Source: Octopus sinensis
Taxonomy: Eukaryota
DNA: 64,000 nucleotides
Assembly: GCF_006345805.1 (NCBI RefSeq)
Contig: NC_043015.1
Span: 40,858,001-40,922,000, forward strand
Direction of reading: 5' to 3'
Shown: piece by piece, positions 1 to 11,859 of the stretch
How positions within the stretch are numbered: position 1 is the first letter of the stretch
How the letters are laid out: each line of letters starts with the position of its first letter
Notes under the pieces: model-generated
What the model was told of the DNA's origin: nothing
What the model saw: only the letters and a program-made list of their open reading frames with translations
The model's database searches: none
Program-made: the position numbers and the translations under genes

Positions 1-66
1 GAAAAGCATCCTGCCATAGAAACCGTCCAACCATGCCAGCATGGAGAACAAACATTGAATGATGAT
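1..66 (+). mobile_element. 3' tail of RTE-type repeat (family B)
   Basis: ccaaccatgccagcatggagaacaaacattgaatgatgatg resembles the family-B tail seen many times in this window. Confidence 0.7.
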
Positions 67-475
67 GATTCAAATTGAATTTCTGAGAGTATTCCTTAGT
101 GAAAAACTCAGAGTACTGACTTGGTTTATGTTGAATTTATCAACCTTTATATGTATGTTTACGTTCATTTGTGTGTGCGTGTGTGTGTGTGCACGTGCGT
201 GCGTGTGTGTGTTCATGCATGTGCACACATTCACATGCGCACATGCAATAATAGATTTTTGAAAAGATTATATTTTATAAGTTTTTACACATACAGATTT
301 TCTTTTCTCTCTCTCTTTCTCCCCCTCCACACTCTCCCCTTTTCTCTCTCCCCTCCTCTCTTTCTCTCTCTCTCTCTCTCTTGCTCTTCTCTCTAACAGC
401 TGCTGAAGAGAGCAACATCATTAATGATTGCAGATTTCGGGGAGTTTTGTGAGGAGGATCAGAGACAGCAATGTA

Positions 476-712
476 GTGGCAGTGGTGGTGGTGATGGTGA
501 TGATGGTGGAGATGGTGGAAGTAGTGGAAGAAGTATTGGTGGCGGCGGCAGTGATGGTAGTGGCGGTGATGGTGGTGGTGGTGGTGGTGGTGGTGACGGT
601 GATAGTGATGATGGTGGAGATGGTGGAAGTAGTGGAAGAAGTATTGGTAGTGGTGGTGGCGGCGGCGGCAGTGATGGTAGTGGCGGTGATGGTGATGAAC
701 GTGGTGGTGGTG
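476..712. repeat. GGT/GAT-rich low-complexity tract with an internal ~105 bp direct duplication
   Basis: gatgatggtggagatggtggaagtagtggaagaagtattggt occurs twice (~499 and ~607). Confidence 0.8.
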
Positions 713-1553
713 GCAGCGACGAAAAATGTTCGTGTCAAATGTCTTACTTAATTGATGCTGTGTGTCGTGTGGGGTGGGGGAGAATGGAGAGGCGATGGGT
801 CGATGGCGGTGGTGGTGGTGGTGGTGGTGGTGGGTGCTGCTTTTACACGGCTTCTCTTCCCGAGATAGAACGAGGAAACGGGATCTCCAACACAATCAAC
901 GATAACGATCGCCACACATTTTCACTATTTACTACAGCTGCTGCTGCCGCTGCTCCTGCTGCTGCTGCTTCCCCTACCACTGCTACCACTACGGCAGTTC
1001 AGACAATTGACACCTCTCACATGCATGGTCTAGCATGTAAGAACGAGTTCTTACTTTTGGCTCGCTATTGTTGAAAGGCGACACTGAATTTTGGCAGAAT
1101 TTGAATCATTAGCAGCAGCATCCAAAAACCCAGTCTTCAGCAATACAACAGAACTACTACTATTACTACTACTACTACTATTTCACTGATAAGAAAGGAT
1201 CTCCCCATTTCTCTTTCTCTCTCCCCTTCTTTCTAGGGTTTTTTGTTATGGTTTAACTCCAGGTCACCCCAGAGTAAACAAAGGCCCCTAGATGTAAGTA
1301 TATCGAAGGCAACAATATCCGGCATGTCTTTTCAGTAATTTGAGGCAGATTTGGCTGCTATTTCTAGAAGCTCAATGCTTGTTGCTGTGAGGAGTCTTTG
1401 TTACAGCACGAGATCAGTGATTGATGATATTGGACAATTTAAGCTTTGATTTGAGACAGTGACAGGTCATGAACCTGATATCTTCTATGTCGTCAACTAT
1501 ACTAACACAGCATCTATAGTATTCCAGCTTTAATAAATGGAAATTTATAAATT

Positions 1554-2030
1554 CAGTTGTATATTTAAGAGATGAGGAATTATGTACATTATTTACATTT
1601 GATGGATATATGCCTTAGGAATGAGAACCCAGGTTTGAAATTTCCCCAAGACACCTGATGAAGGCTGGAGGGTATATCAGCCGAAACGTTGTGTTAACAA
1701 CAAACAAGATGAGGACATTTCGTTTTTGGATTTGGTTTGCAAGATTCTTTATATGAGTTCGTGTGTTGAAGCATATTCTGTTGTGTCTGTGGAGAATCAT
1801 TTTCTTTTTGTGCCTTATAATCAAACACACTCACCGGTAAAATTTCCACTTTTTTCTTATTTTTATTATCCTAAGGTTGCAAGACGCAACGAAAATTTTA
1901 GGAAAATAAAAATAAGAAAACAGTGGAAATTTTACCTGTGAGTGTGTTATATTATAAGGCACAAAAAGAAAATGACTCTCCCTAGACACAACAGAAGATA
2001 AGAACAAATATCCGTCAAATGTAAATAATG
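1554..2030. mobile_element. Penelope-like fold-back element with 12 bp TSD
   Basis: aatttataaatt at 1542-1553 and 2031-2042; contains a hammerhead motif and ~99 bp inverted arms (1776-1874/1898-1996); shares sequence with 62030-62312. Confidence 0.75.
1650..1695 (+). ncRNA. Minimal type-I hammerhead ribozyme motif (family H1)
   Basis: gacac-CTGATGA-a-ggctg(gagggtatat)cagcc-GAAA-CG-T-T-gtgtt: stem I gacac/gtgtt, stem II ggctg/cagcc, palindromic ACGT helix III. Confidence 0.75.
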
Positions 2031-2710
2031 AATTTATAAATTGTTTCAGTTATTTTTATACTTGTACTTGTGGTGGCATTCACTTGTGGTAAGTTGAGCC
2101 AGCTTTGACCAATGAGTTCATCACGTCCCTCATGGAGGCTGACCACATCCAATGGTTGACTCTAATACTCCAGCAGGCAAAGTAATGCTTCTTTCTGCCT
2201 GCAGCTTAAATATCCAGCTTGTAAATTTGACAAATGCTCCACCGAGACAGCAATCATAATGGATGCCACAGGTGCCATAGCAGTAGTCGTCATTCGTTGT
2301 TGAGGTGTAGAGTTCATGTTTAGAGTTTCCGTGTGAATACAAGTTCATGCATGGTCCCTGGTCACATTTGGGACAATGTGATTCACAAGAGCTCATGCCA
2401 TCAGTTGCTGGCCACCACAAAGGATTCACTGACCAAGTCACCACTGATTGTGGCAGCAGATGTAGCCTGGGTGTGAAGCGGGTGGTACACATGCTACCCT
2501 ACTTAACCCATAGCCGGGGCCCTAACAGGTGCTACTATTCTGGGTCAGAGTAGACTTGGGGACAATAATGGCTAAGAAGTGGTTCCACCCTCCCCAAAAC
2601 CCTGGAACTCTTGTACCAAGGCCCCATGACCAGATGCAGTTTAGATTCTTACCCAGGACATTTTAATGTTATTCTATCTTCACACATGATATTTGATCAA
2701 TCACTTAACA

Positions 2711-3032
2711 AATAAATATCAAATGGAAATTGTAGTTGTGATCCCTGTGCTGGTGGCCTGTAAAAAGCACCATTCGAACATGGCCGATGCCAGCGTGGGC
2801 TTGACTGGCTTCTGTGCCGGTGGCACGTAAAGAGCACCAACCGATCGTGGCTGCTGCCAGCCTCCCCTGGCACGTAAAAAGCACCCACTACACTCATGGA
2901 GTGGTTGGCGTTAGGAAGGGCATCCAGCTGTAGAAACACTGCCAGATCAGACTGGAGCCTGGTGCAGCCCCCTGGCTTCCCAGACCCCGGTTGAACCGTC
3001 CAACCCGTGCTAGCACAGAAAACGGACATTAA

Positions 3033-3062
<30 letters not shown>
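2711..3062 (+). mobile_element. Family B repeat (RTE LINE 3'UTR-type) with (GAT)n tail
   Basis: Internal ggcacgtaaaaagcacc subrepeats, ggcgttaggaagggcatccagctgtagaaac, (gat)n tail; possible TSD acttaaca. Confidence 0.85.
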
Positions 3063-3063
<1 letters not shown>

Positions 3064-3664
3064 CTTAACACAAGTATGATAGGTTATCATATATCGCCAC
3101 TATATAATTAATTAGTCAGTCATTTTACACTAGTAAGATAGGTTATTGTGCATTATATCTTTGAAAGATAGTCAGTCACTTAGCATTAGCAACATAGGTA
3201 ATTTCACTAACCTACCACTATACTTCATACAATAACACCAACACTGACCAATTCTTTCTCTCTCCTCTTCAGTGAAGATACATGGCTCTGTAATTGGTAC
3301 CAATTATTTGTTCTCCTTAATGAAGAATTCGGCCCCTACCATAAGATTTCTCCTCTTCCTTGATACAAACTAATTTATTCCTCGTCACAAAATTCCTGTA
3401 CTTTTTGGCCGGCACAAACCTTCACAGGTTCCTGCATCTCTGTTTCTTGTTGCTATATTCGATATTACAATATATCAAAATGTTTTGCATAAGTTCATTG
3501 CTTTCTATGAGACATAAAACTTGTGAATCTAATTAATGAATTAATTGCTAATTTTCAAATAGCAGAAGCGGTTTATAGTGTTTCATTTGAGGAGACAGAA
3601 TATCAAGTTGTCTGTTGTGTGTTTGGAAATACTGCCAGCTGGCAAGCGTTTGAAATACAATTCA

Positions 3665-4058
3665 AGGAGTGGCTGTGTGGTTTGTAGCTTGCTAACCAAC
3701 CACGTGGTTGCAGGTTCAGTCCCACTGCGTGGCATCTTGGGCAAGTGTCTTCTGCTATAGCCCTGGGCCGACCAATGCCTTGTGAGTGGATTTGGTAGAC
3801 GGAAACTGAAAGAAGCCTGTCGTATATATGTATATATATATATGTGTTTGTGTGTCTGTGTTTGTCCCCCTAGCATTGCTTGACAACCGATGCTGGTGTG
3901 TTTACGTCCCAGTCACTTAGCGGTTCGGCAAAAGAGACCGATAGAATAAGTACTGGGCTTACAAAGAACAAGTCCCGGGGTCGATCTGCTTGACTAAAGG
4001 TGGTGCTCCAGCATGGCCGCAGTCAAATGACTGAAACAAGTAAAAGAGTAAAGAGTAA
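3665..4058 (+). mobile_element. tRNA-headed SINE family A, near full length
   Basis: A/B-box-like head (tggctgtgtgg...ggttcagtccc), internal TA/TG microsatellite, gagtaaa tail; more than 10 homologous copies in the window. Confidence 0.85.
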
Positions 4059-5090
4059 GTCCTGGATGTAGAATTCATAGTAATACATTAATTATAATCA
4101 GTTGGACGTATGATGTTTCATTGAGGACAAATTTTGAAATGAGCTTGTCCACATTTTGCTACCTAAGTCGCCACACATCATACACATCCTCTTTAGTCTT
4201 CTATTTTCGCTATTAATATCTACATACTAATTGCCAGGCATGTGTTTATTATGTAAAACTGATATATCCAATTGTGTTACACTTCTGTATTTGGTAACTA
4301 TTTAAGCAGTGTGTTCATGGGTGGTTATTGGGGTGGATTTGATACTGATGAGAGAGCAAAATCTCCTGAAATGTGCATATACATCTGTTCCTATTTTTTC
4401 TATCTTTTATCACATTGTTTACATAAACGTATTCCTATATGAACTGTAACGTTCAGTATTGGATCTAATTGCTGTGGAAAATTTATAGAAATAACTCTAC
4501 ATTCATTATCCATGTTTCACTATCATACGCTGCATTATCACACATCTTAGACATACACCACATCCAGTGGAACATGGACTGTCACTGTAAGAGGTTCTAC
4601 AGGAATTGACAAGTAAATCGTTTTAAGTTGTTGAATCTGCAATGTTTAACTTGAGACAAAGTTTGAATGTAATGAGATGCGAGGACACGAAAGCTACATG
4701 TTCATATGCAGAGGTTAAATAAGTGTGTTATTACAGAAATCTTTAATAAAGGGAAGATTAGAATCGGGTTAAAATAGGCCATGGGTTGGTAGTAGAAATT
4801 ACTTGCTGTTAAGTAGAGAAAGGTAGGCTTGGGAAGAAGGTAAGTTTGAGAAAAATCTTGTAGGTCAAGTGTGTAAATGATATTTCATAAATGGATTGAT
4901 AGACAGGTTATGACTCATAGGGCCACACTTAATGGCCCGCCTAACATATGTCAGCAAAAAAAAAATGAATGAATGAACCCAGCACTGTCAGTTCTGTTGA
5001 TCAACCAACTGTGATGTCTGTGTGTGCTTGTGTTTTGTAAGCATGACCAAGTGATTGGAATTATTCGATTGGTAACTGTTTGATTCCATT

Positions 5091-5199
5091 GCTTGGCATC
5101 TTGTATAAAATTATTCTAAAATTGGAATGACACAGAGAAGATTAGCATGGCCTCTGCGCAAGGATGATATGCAAATTCGTGAAGCATTCCATATTTTTT
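5091..5199 (+). pseudogene. U6: Decayed U6 snRNA copy
   Basis: ctaaaattggaatgacacagagaagattagcatggcctctgcgcaaggatgatatgcaaattcgtgaagcattccatatttttt (5116-5199) matches U6, including the ACAGAGA box, with several substitutions; the 5' part is poorly matched. Confidence 0.92.
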
Positions 5200-5209
5200 G
5201 ATAGATGCA

Positions 5210-5473
5210 AGAGTGACTGCATGGTAAGTAGCTTGCTTACCAACCACATGGATCTGGGTTCAGTGCCACTGCATGGCACCTTGAGCAAGTGTCTTCTTCT
5301 ATAGCCTCGGGCCTACTAAAGCCTTGTGAGTGGATTCGGTAGACAGAAACTGAAAGAAGCCCGTCATATGTATAGATATATATATATATTATATTGTATG
5401 AAATTTGATTTAGTATTTCTAAATTGAATTTTTTTCCCTGTAAGTTTGGATTAATATTCCCTCAAATAATCAT

Positions 5474-5530
<57 letters not shown>

Positions 5531-5748
5531 CATATGTATATATTTGTGTGCCAGTGTTTGCCCCCCCCCCCCCCACATCGCTTGACAACAGATGCTGGTT
5601 GTTTATGTTCCCGTAACTTAGTGGTTCGGCAACAGAGACCGATAGAATAAGTACTGGGCTTACAGACAATGCCCTGGGGTCGATTTGCTCGACTAAAGGC
5701 AGTGCTCCAGCATAGCCGCTGTAAAATGACTGGAACAAATAAAAGAAT
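5210..5748 (+). mobile_element. SINE family A with a short AT-rich insert (~5397-5475) in its TA tract
   Basis: Homology to 3665-4058; the insert is reverse-complement-similar to ~60083-60160. Confidence 0.8.
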
Positions 5749-5844
5749 ATATATATACACACACACACAGATGATTATATATATATATGTATGTATATAT
5801 TTGCACACACATGATTATGCCGTCACACTGGATGGTTGACTACT

Positions 5845-6312
5845 AGATTGAGTTGATGATTTTCTGTTTTAGGGCAGTTCTTCAAAAAACGACATTGGCA
5901 TAAGAATTACCAAAGCGTGATATGGAAGTCAGATCCACTCAGAAAAATCAAAATATCATTTATCGGAATATCCCTTGAATCAGTGTTGTTGTAGGGACCA
6001 AGTACATGGGTCCTGACACAAACACTTGAGAAGAAACTAGAATGTACTGACCCTAAAATGCTTAGGGGTTGTACAAAACACGAACTGGTGTCAACGTATT
6101 AGAAATGAATGTTTACAGAGATTTGTTATTTATGAAGAAATTTTCTCAAAATAACAACTTTGGTTGCTCAAAGGCAGTTTCAATTTGCCAGACATTGCCG
6201 GAGGAGTAAGCAGGAAGTTATAGACAAGCTTACTATTGTGGGAACCAACTCGCAGGAGACACAGGAGAGGAAGACCTGCGTGAACAGTCATCGATCAACT
6301 CTTAGACAATGC
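5845..6312 (+). mobile_element. Decayed RTE/RTE-X LINE ORF C-terminal fragment
   Basis: Manual translation across stops and shifts: IWKSDPLRKIKISF..LESVLL*G..WVLTQTLEKKL..; QFARHCRRSKQEVIDKL/LLWEPTRRRHRRGRPA*TVIDQLL, typical of the RTE post-RT domain. Confidence 0.8.
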
Positions 6313-6388
6313 AAACTTTAATAAGGAGCAGTTGCCAGGAGCAACGAAAAATTGGGAATTGTGGAGAGATTTTGTCAAGAATGTTTAA

Positions 6389-6610
6389 CCCTTTCATTAC
6401 TATATTTATTTTGAGATGCTCTGTGTTTCTTTCAATTAATTTTAAATATAACAAAGAATTTAGTAAAAATAACTTGGTTACCATTCAGCTTGTGTTAGGA
6501 ACATAAATTGTGACTAAGGTTTGGTGGAAGATTTTAATTCAAAACTTATGAAAACAAAACATTTGTACTCAGAGCCAGAAGTGGTTTCAGCCGGGTTGGT
6601 AACGAAAGGG
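6389..6610. mobile_element. piggyBac-type MITE
   Basis: TTAA at 6385-6388 and 6611-6614; TIRs ccctttcattac / gtaacgaaaggg. Confidence 0.85.
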
Positions 6611-8013
6611 TTAACCTTGCTTGTAATGATTAGGTGTGTGTGTGTGTGTTTGTTACCCATACCAGTATTGAATATGGATGTTAAATGATGATAATGATGA
6701 TGATGATATATAGCCTTGAGGGAAATTTGGTAATTAGAAGCTATAGAATCCCTTCAGATTGATTGTATTAATTATTCGAAGGGTCAGTCTTGTTATTAGT
6801 TGTGTCACACTGATTCTGCCTGGGGGTTGTGTTAAGAGTACATGTGACTGTGGGATACTCAACCATCTACATGTTAATTAAATGAGCAGGCAGCTGACCA
6901 TATGTGTTTGTGACTGTGTATGTATATCTGTGCGTGTGTGTGCATATACATGCACACATACATATACATATATATACATACATATATAAAGTTAATCCAA
7001 TATATATATATATATATATTGGATTAACTTTGTATATGTATGTGTGCGCGCATGTGTGTATGTATCTGTATATGTGTTTGTGTGTGTTTTCTTTGACCCC
7101 CTTGGCCCCTTTGCATTCTAATCCACCTTTTTTTCTCAAGTTTTTTTTATTAGTCAAAAGAAGAGGGGCAGCATCCATTGAGGTTTGCAGGATTTGTAAG
7201 TCTGCAGAGATGGGGGAAAGAAAGGAAGGGACCACGTGACACTGGTTTATCTTAGTCCCTGTTCCCATCGCTGGAAGTGAATGGCCATGCTGGAGTTGGC
7301 AGCAAATTGGACAGCCTCCTTAGGTGTTAATGACAGGGTCAGGTCCACTGTTATGACTAGCAATGGTGGAGTTTCCTGTCAGATTTAGCAGGGAGTCTTC
7401 ACTGAACACACGCACACATTAAACTGAAGGATCACTCTATGTTTTGCATACAGTGCATATCATTGTTTAATAACAATGTGTGTGTGTGTGTGCGTGCGTG
7501 TCTGTGTGTGCATGTCTGTGTGTGTGCGTGTCTGTGTGCACGTCTGTGTGTGTGTATGTGTGTGAATAACAGTTTTGTTTATGTTTTTCTTGGAATTGCT
7601 CAAGTAGGATTTGAACTGGAACCTCTCGCTTATTGAACTTCCCATTGTTTCTCTCTCTCTCTCATTTTCCCCTTCTCTCTTATCTTTCCCTTCTCTCTCA
7701 TCTTTCCCTCTCTTTCTTCACTCCTTTCTCTTCTATCTCTTCCTCTCCATCTCTATTCATGTCAGTATTTTATGTCAATTCTCCTCATTGTAGGATGGAA
7801 ATTGGAGATAGTTTTTTCTCGTTTTCAGGTCGGCTTTTTCCTTTCCTCTTTGTCTGTCTACCCATCATTCTATATATTCTGTCTCTATTTTTCTGAGTTT
7901 CCTCTCTCTTCTCTCTGTCTCTCTCTCTCTCTCTCTTTCATTCTATGCATTTCCTACTGACAAACTCTTTCTCCATACTTTCTTTTTCTATCACTCCTAT
8001 ACTATTTCTCTCT

Positions 8014-8232
8014 CTCTCTCTCCCTTAATCCCCTCTCTATCTCTTTCTCCCTCTTTCCCTTTCTCTTTTTCTTTCTTCCTTTTTCTCTCTCTTTATTCCC
8101 TTTCTATATCTCTTTCCCTCACATCTCTCTCTCCCCCTTAATCCTCTCTCTATCTCTTTCTCCCTCTTTCCCTTTCTCTTTTTCTTTCTTCCTGTTTCCC
8201 CCTCTTTATTCCCTTTCTATATCTCTCTCCCT
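8014..8232. repeat. ~110 bp tandem duplication within a CT-rich tract
   Basis: cccttaatcc.ctctctatctctttctccctctttccctttctctttttctttcttcct..tttattccctttctatatctct occurs twice. Confidence 0.75.
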
Positions 8233-8544
8233 CTCCTCTGTCACTCTCTCTCTCCGTTTCCTCCTCCTTCCCCTCTCATCTCTCTCTCTCCCACCTATAC
8301 TTATAACAACACACTGCCATTGCAATGGTGGGGGGTTCTATGTCTTAATTACAGCACAAAGAAACTCCATAGTGGCACCTTGACAATGGCAGGAAAGTAA
8401 AAGACAGCCAGTCTCGCCACTCCACCCTCAGCCTCTCTATATTCCCTCTGGTCTAGTCTGCTCACCCCTATCCTACCCCCTGCTACATCAACCTCCAGGT
8501 GTCCTTACATCTATCTCACTGTCTGCCTCCCCCCCTATCATTCA

Positions 8545-9900
8545 ATCATGTCCCAATGATGATGATCATCATGATGAGCATCATCATTATCGTCATACCT
8601 GTCACCACTACCATCACCACCATCATCATCATCTCTGCCACCACTACCATCACCATCGTCACCACCACCACTACCATCACCACCACCACCATCATCATCC
8701 TCATCATCTCTGCCACCACTACCACCATCACCATCATCACCACCACCACCATCACCACCACCATCATCATCATCATCATCTCTGCCACCACTATCATCAC
8801 CATCATCACCACCACCACCACCACTACCGTCACTACCACTACCATCACCACCACCATCATCATCATCATCTCTGCCACCACTACCATCACCACCACCACC
8901 ACCACCATCATCATCGTCATCATCATCTCTGCCACCACTACCATCACCATCGTCACCACCACCACTACCATCACCACCACCACCATCATCATCCTCATCA
9001 TCTCTGCCACCACTACCACCATCACCATCATCACCACCACCACCATCACCACCACCATCATCATCATCATCATCATCATCTCTGCCACCACTATCATCAC
9101 CATCATCACCACCACCACCACCACTACCGTCACTACCACTACCATCACCCCACCATCATCATCATCATCATCTCTGCCACACTACCATCACCACCACCAC
9201 CACCACCATCATCATCGTCATCATCATCTCTGCACCACTACCATCACCACCACCATCATCATCATCATCATCTCTGCCACCACTACCACCATCACCATCA
9301 TCACCACCATCACCACCACCACCACCACCACCACCATCACCACCACCACACCATCACCACCACCACCATCATCATCCTCATCATCTCTGCCACCACTATC
9401 ATCACCATCATCACCACCACCACCACCACTACCGTCACTACCACTACCATCATCACCACCACCATCATCATCATCATCTCTGCCACCACTACATCACCAT
9501 CATCACCACCACCACCACCACCACCATCATCATCATCGTCATCATCATCTGCCACCACTACCATCACCACCACCACCACCATCATCATCGTCATCATCAT
9601 CTCTGCCACCACTACCATCACCATCATCACCACCATCACCACTACCGTCACTACCACTACCATCACCACCACCATCATCATCATCATCATCATCATCTCT
9701 GCCACCACTATCATCACCATCATCACCACCACCACCACCACCACCACTACCGTCACTACCACTACCATCACCACCACCATCATCATCATCATCATCTCTG
9801 CCACCACTACCATCACCATCATCACCACCATCATCATCCATACTACTAACTGCTCACTAACCAAGGACACCATCAGTATCACCACCACCACCATCAATAT
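8545..9900. repeat. CAT/CAC-derived minisatellite with recurring ATCTCTGCC anchor and ~294 bp higher-order period
   Basis: atcatctctgccaccactaccatcacc recurs every ~50-80 bp; the block catcgtcaccaccaccactacc repeats at ~8655 and ~8949. Confidence 0.9.
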
Positions 9901-10348
9901 TATTACCAGCTGCCATCTAATGCAACCACCAACACCACTCTCACCCCACCCCCACCTCTGTCACCACCACCACCATTCCTACGCAAGCTACTGTCCATTG
10001 AGGAGTTAATGTGGGTGTTTGTACTCAGTTGCTCAATCTGCTAGAAACAACAGCCAAATTCAGATCTTGTTAAATTTTTTCCAGCCATTTCAAATCTTTG
10101 AAATTTTCAAGAAAGTTTTGATATAGTTTTTGTATGCTGATGACAAAAATCACATTCAATTTTCATTTTTTCTTTTTTTTCAAGAAGTTACAAACATTTA
10201 AAGTTAAGTAATTTTAACCAATTGGAAGCTTCCATTGCAAACATACAGGAAGTTGTAACTGTGTGTCTCTATGGTAACAGCACAGACACATGATGAACCT
10301 TTATGTGGTCTCTTGATCAGCTAGAAATAGCAGCCAGATCTTCCTTAA

Positions 10349-10567
10349 CCCTTTAGCATTCAGATTAATTTATCAAATTTAATGCTTATTTATTCACATA
10401 ATATGATTAATTTAAAAAAATTAATCACATATTATCTCGTAGCTTTGAGATTTCAATGATGTGATTGTTTATTTTTAGAATGACATTGAAAGGTGCATGG
10501 GAGAGGCTGGATCTAGCCAGTTTGAACATAAAACAGGTTGGTTATGTCTGGTTTAAATACTAAAGGG
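10349..10567. mobile_element. piggyBac-type MITE (second family)
   Basis: TTAA at 10345-48 and 10568-71; TIR ccctttagcatt / aatactaaaggg. Confidence 0.8.
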
Positions 10568-10574
10568 TTAAACT

Positions 10575-10970
10575 ACTCTTTGCTCTTTTATTTGTTTCAG
10601 TCATTTGACTGTAGCCATGCTGTAGCACCGCCTTTAGTCGACCAAATCAACCCCAGGACTTATTCTTTGTAAGCCTGATACTTATTCTATCAGTCTCTTT
10701 TGCCGATCTGCTAAGTTACGGATATGTAAACATGCCAGCATCGGTTGTCAAGCGATGTTGGAGGGACAAACATATACACACACATACATCTATATATGTA
10801 TAGACATATATATACAATGGGCTTCTTTCAGTTTCCATCTACCAAATCCACTCACAAGGTTTTGGTCTGCCTGAGGCTATAGTAGAAGACACTTGCCCAA
10901 GGTGCCACGCAGTGGGACTGAACCCAGAACCATGGTTCGTAAGCAAGCTACTTACCACACAGCCACTCCT
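10575..10970 (-). mobile_element. SINE family A
   Basis: Reverse complement of 3665-4058. Confidence 0.85.
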
Positions 10971-11859
10971 ACACCATAATGTCTAAAATCATAAAAGGCA
11001 AAACATTATGCCACAATACTCTATATTTTTCTTATTTGAGGCAGGCCTCGTGTTTTCCACGTGTTGATTGTTATTAATAGTTTTCGAATCGGAGTCAGTC
11101 TTCACAGATGAAATCTTTCATATAAATTCTGGGACTCACAGATTGATATTAAATGTACTTTCTCCTTTCTTATGGTAAAATTGTTTTCTCAAGGTCTGGT
11201 GGTGGGAAAAGAGAATCCGTAAAAGTCACACGAAGAAAAGCCACTGAAAAAATATCAGAGGATAAAAAATGTCGCTACAAGAATGCCTTCATAATTTGTG
11301 TGTTGCTCAACAAGAGAACCCCAAGACTGTGGCAGAGTTTCTTGGTAGCTTTGGCTGGAATATTCATCTTAGCCATCAGCATTAGAAATATTTAATATCC
11401 ATGGTGGCCATGTCATATATTTTTGACTTAAATTCTTTTTTCTTTATTGTCTTTGCTTAAGAAATTGAATAAAAGCTTGTTTTTTTTGGGGGGGTTTTCT
11501 ACTATATCCGTAATGCCATCATATGCTTGTAATATACAAGTCATGTACTTTCAGTTAATCTCTGAAATCGGTTTTATTTCTTTCTTTAAAGTATTTAAAT
11601 AAAGTATGACTAAATTTACTCACAAAGTATTGATCAGCTTAATTAAGGCCAGAGTAGAAACCACGTGGTTGCAAAACGAGTTTCTTAACCATGGAATAAT
11701 TGAATCTAATTGTATATACAAACACAGCAAATAAGAACTTGACACAAAGAGTAAATTAATAAAACCATTTAATATATGTTGAAACCGCCTCAATATGACG
11801 GTTAGTTTCATTTTCTGTTTCCAAGGATAATATGCAATCTGTTACATATTGTTGTCATC

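Noticed and set aside
275-1074. His-rich, Thr-rich and Gly-rich overlapping ORFs
   Set aside because: All frames are open because of GGT/GAT repeats; no recognisable domain
2130-2492. 120 aa Cys-rich minus-strand ORF
   Set aside because: No recognisable cysteine pattern or splice context; adjacent to repeat-like sequence at 2500-2660
3665-3760. tRNA-like heads considered as tRNA genes
   Set aside because: Only A/B-box-like motifs running straight into SINE bodies; no cloverleaf
8499-9860. 453 aa Thr/Ile/Pro/Ser ORF (mucin-like)
   Set aside because: Entirely a CAT/CAC minisatellite that cannot make + strand stops; the peptide switches repeat frames; the start is not ATG
11153-11395. 80 aa ORF, considered as a transposase remnant
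   Set aside because: No DDE or other motif recovered in any frame by hand
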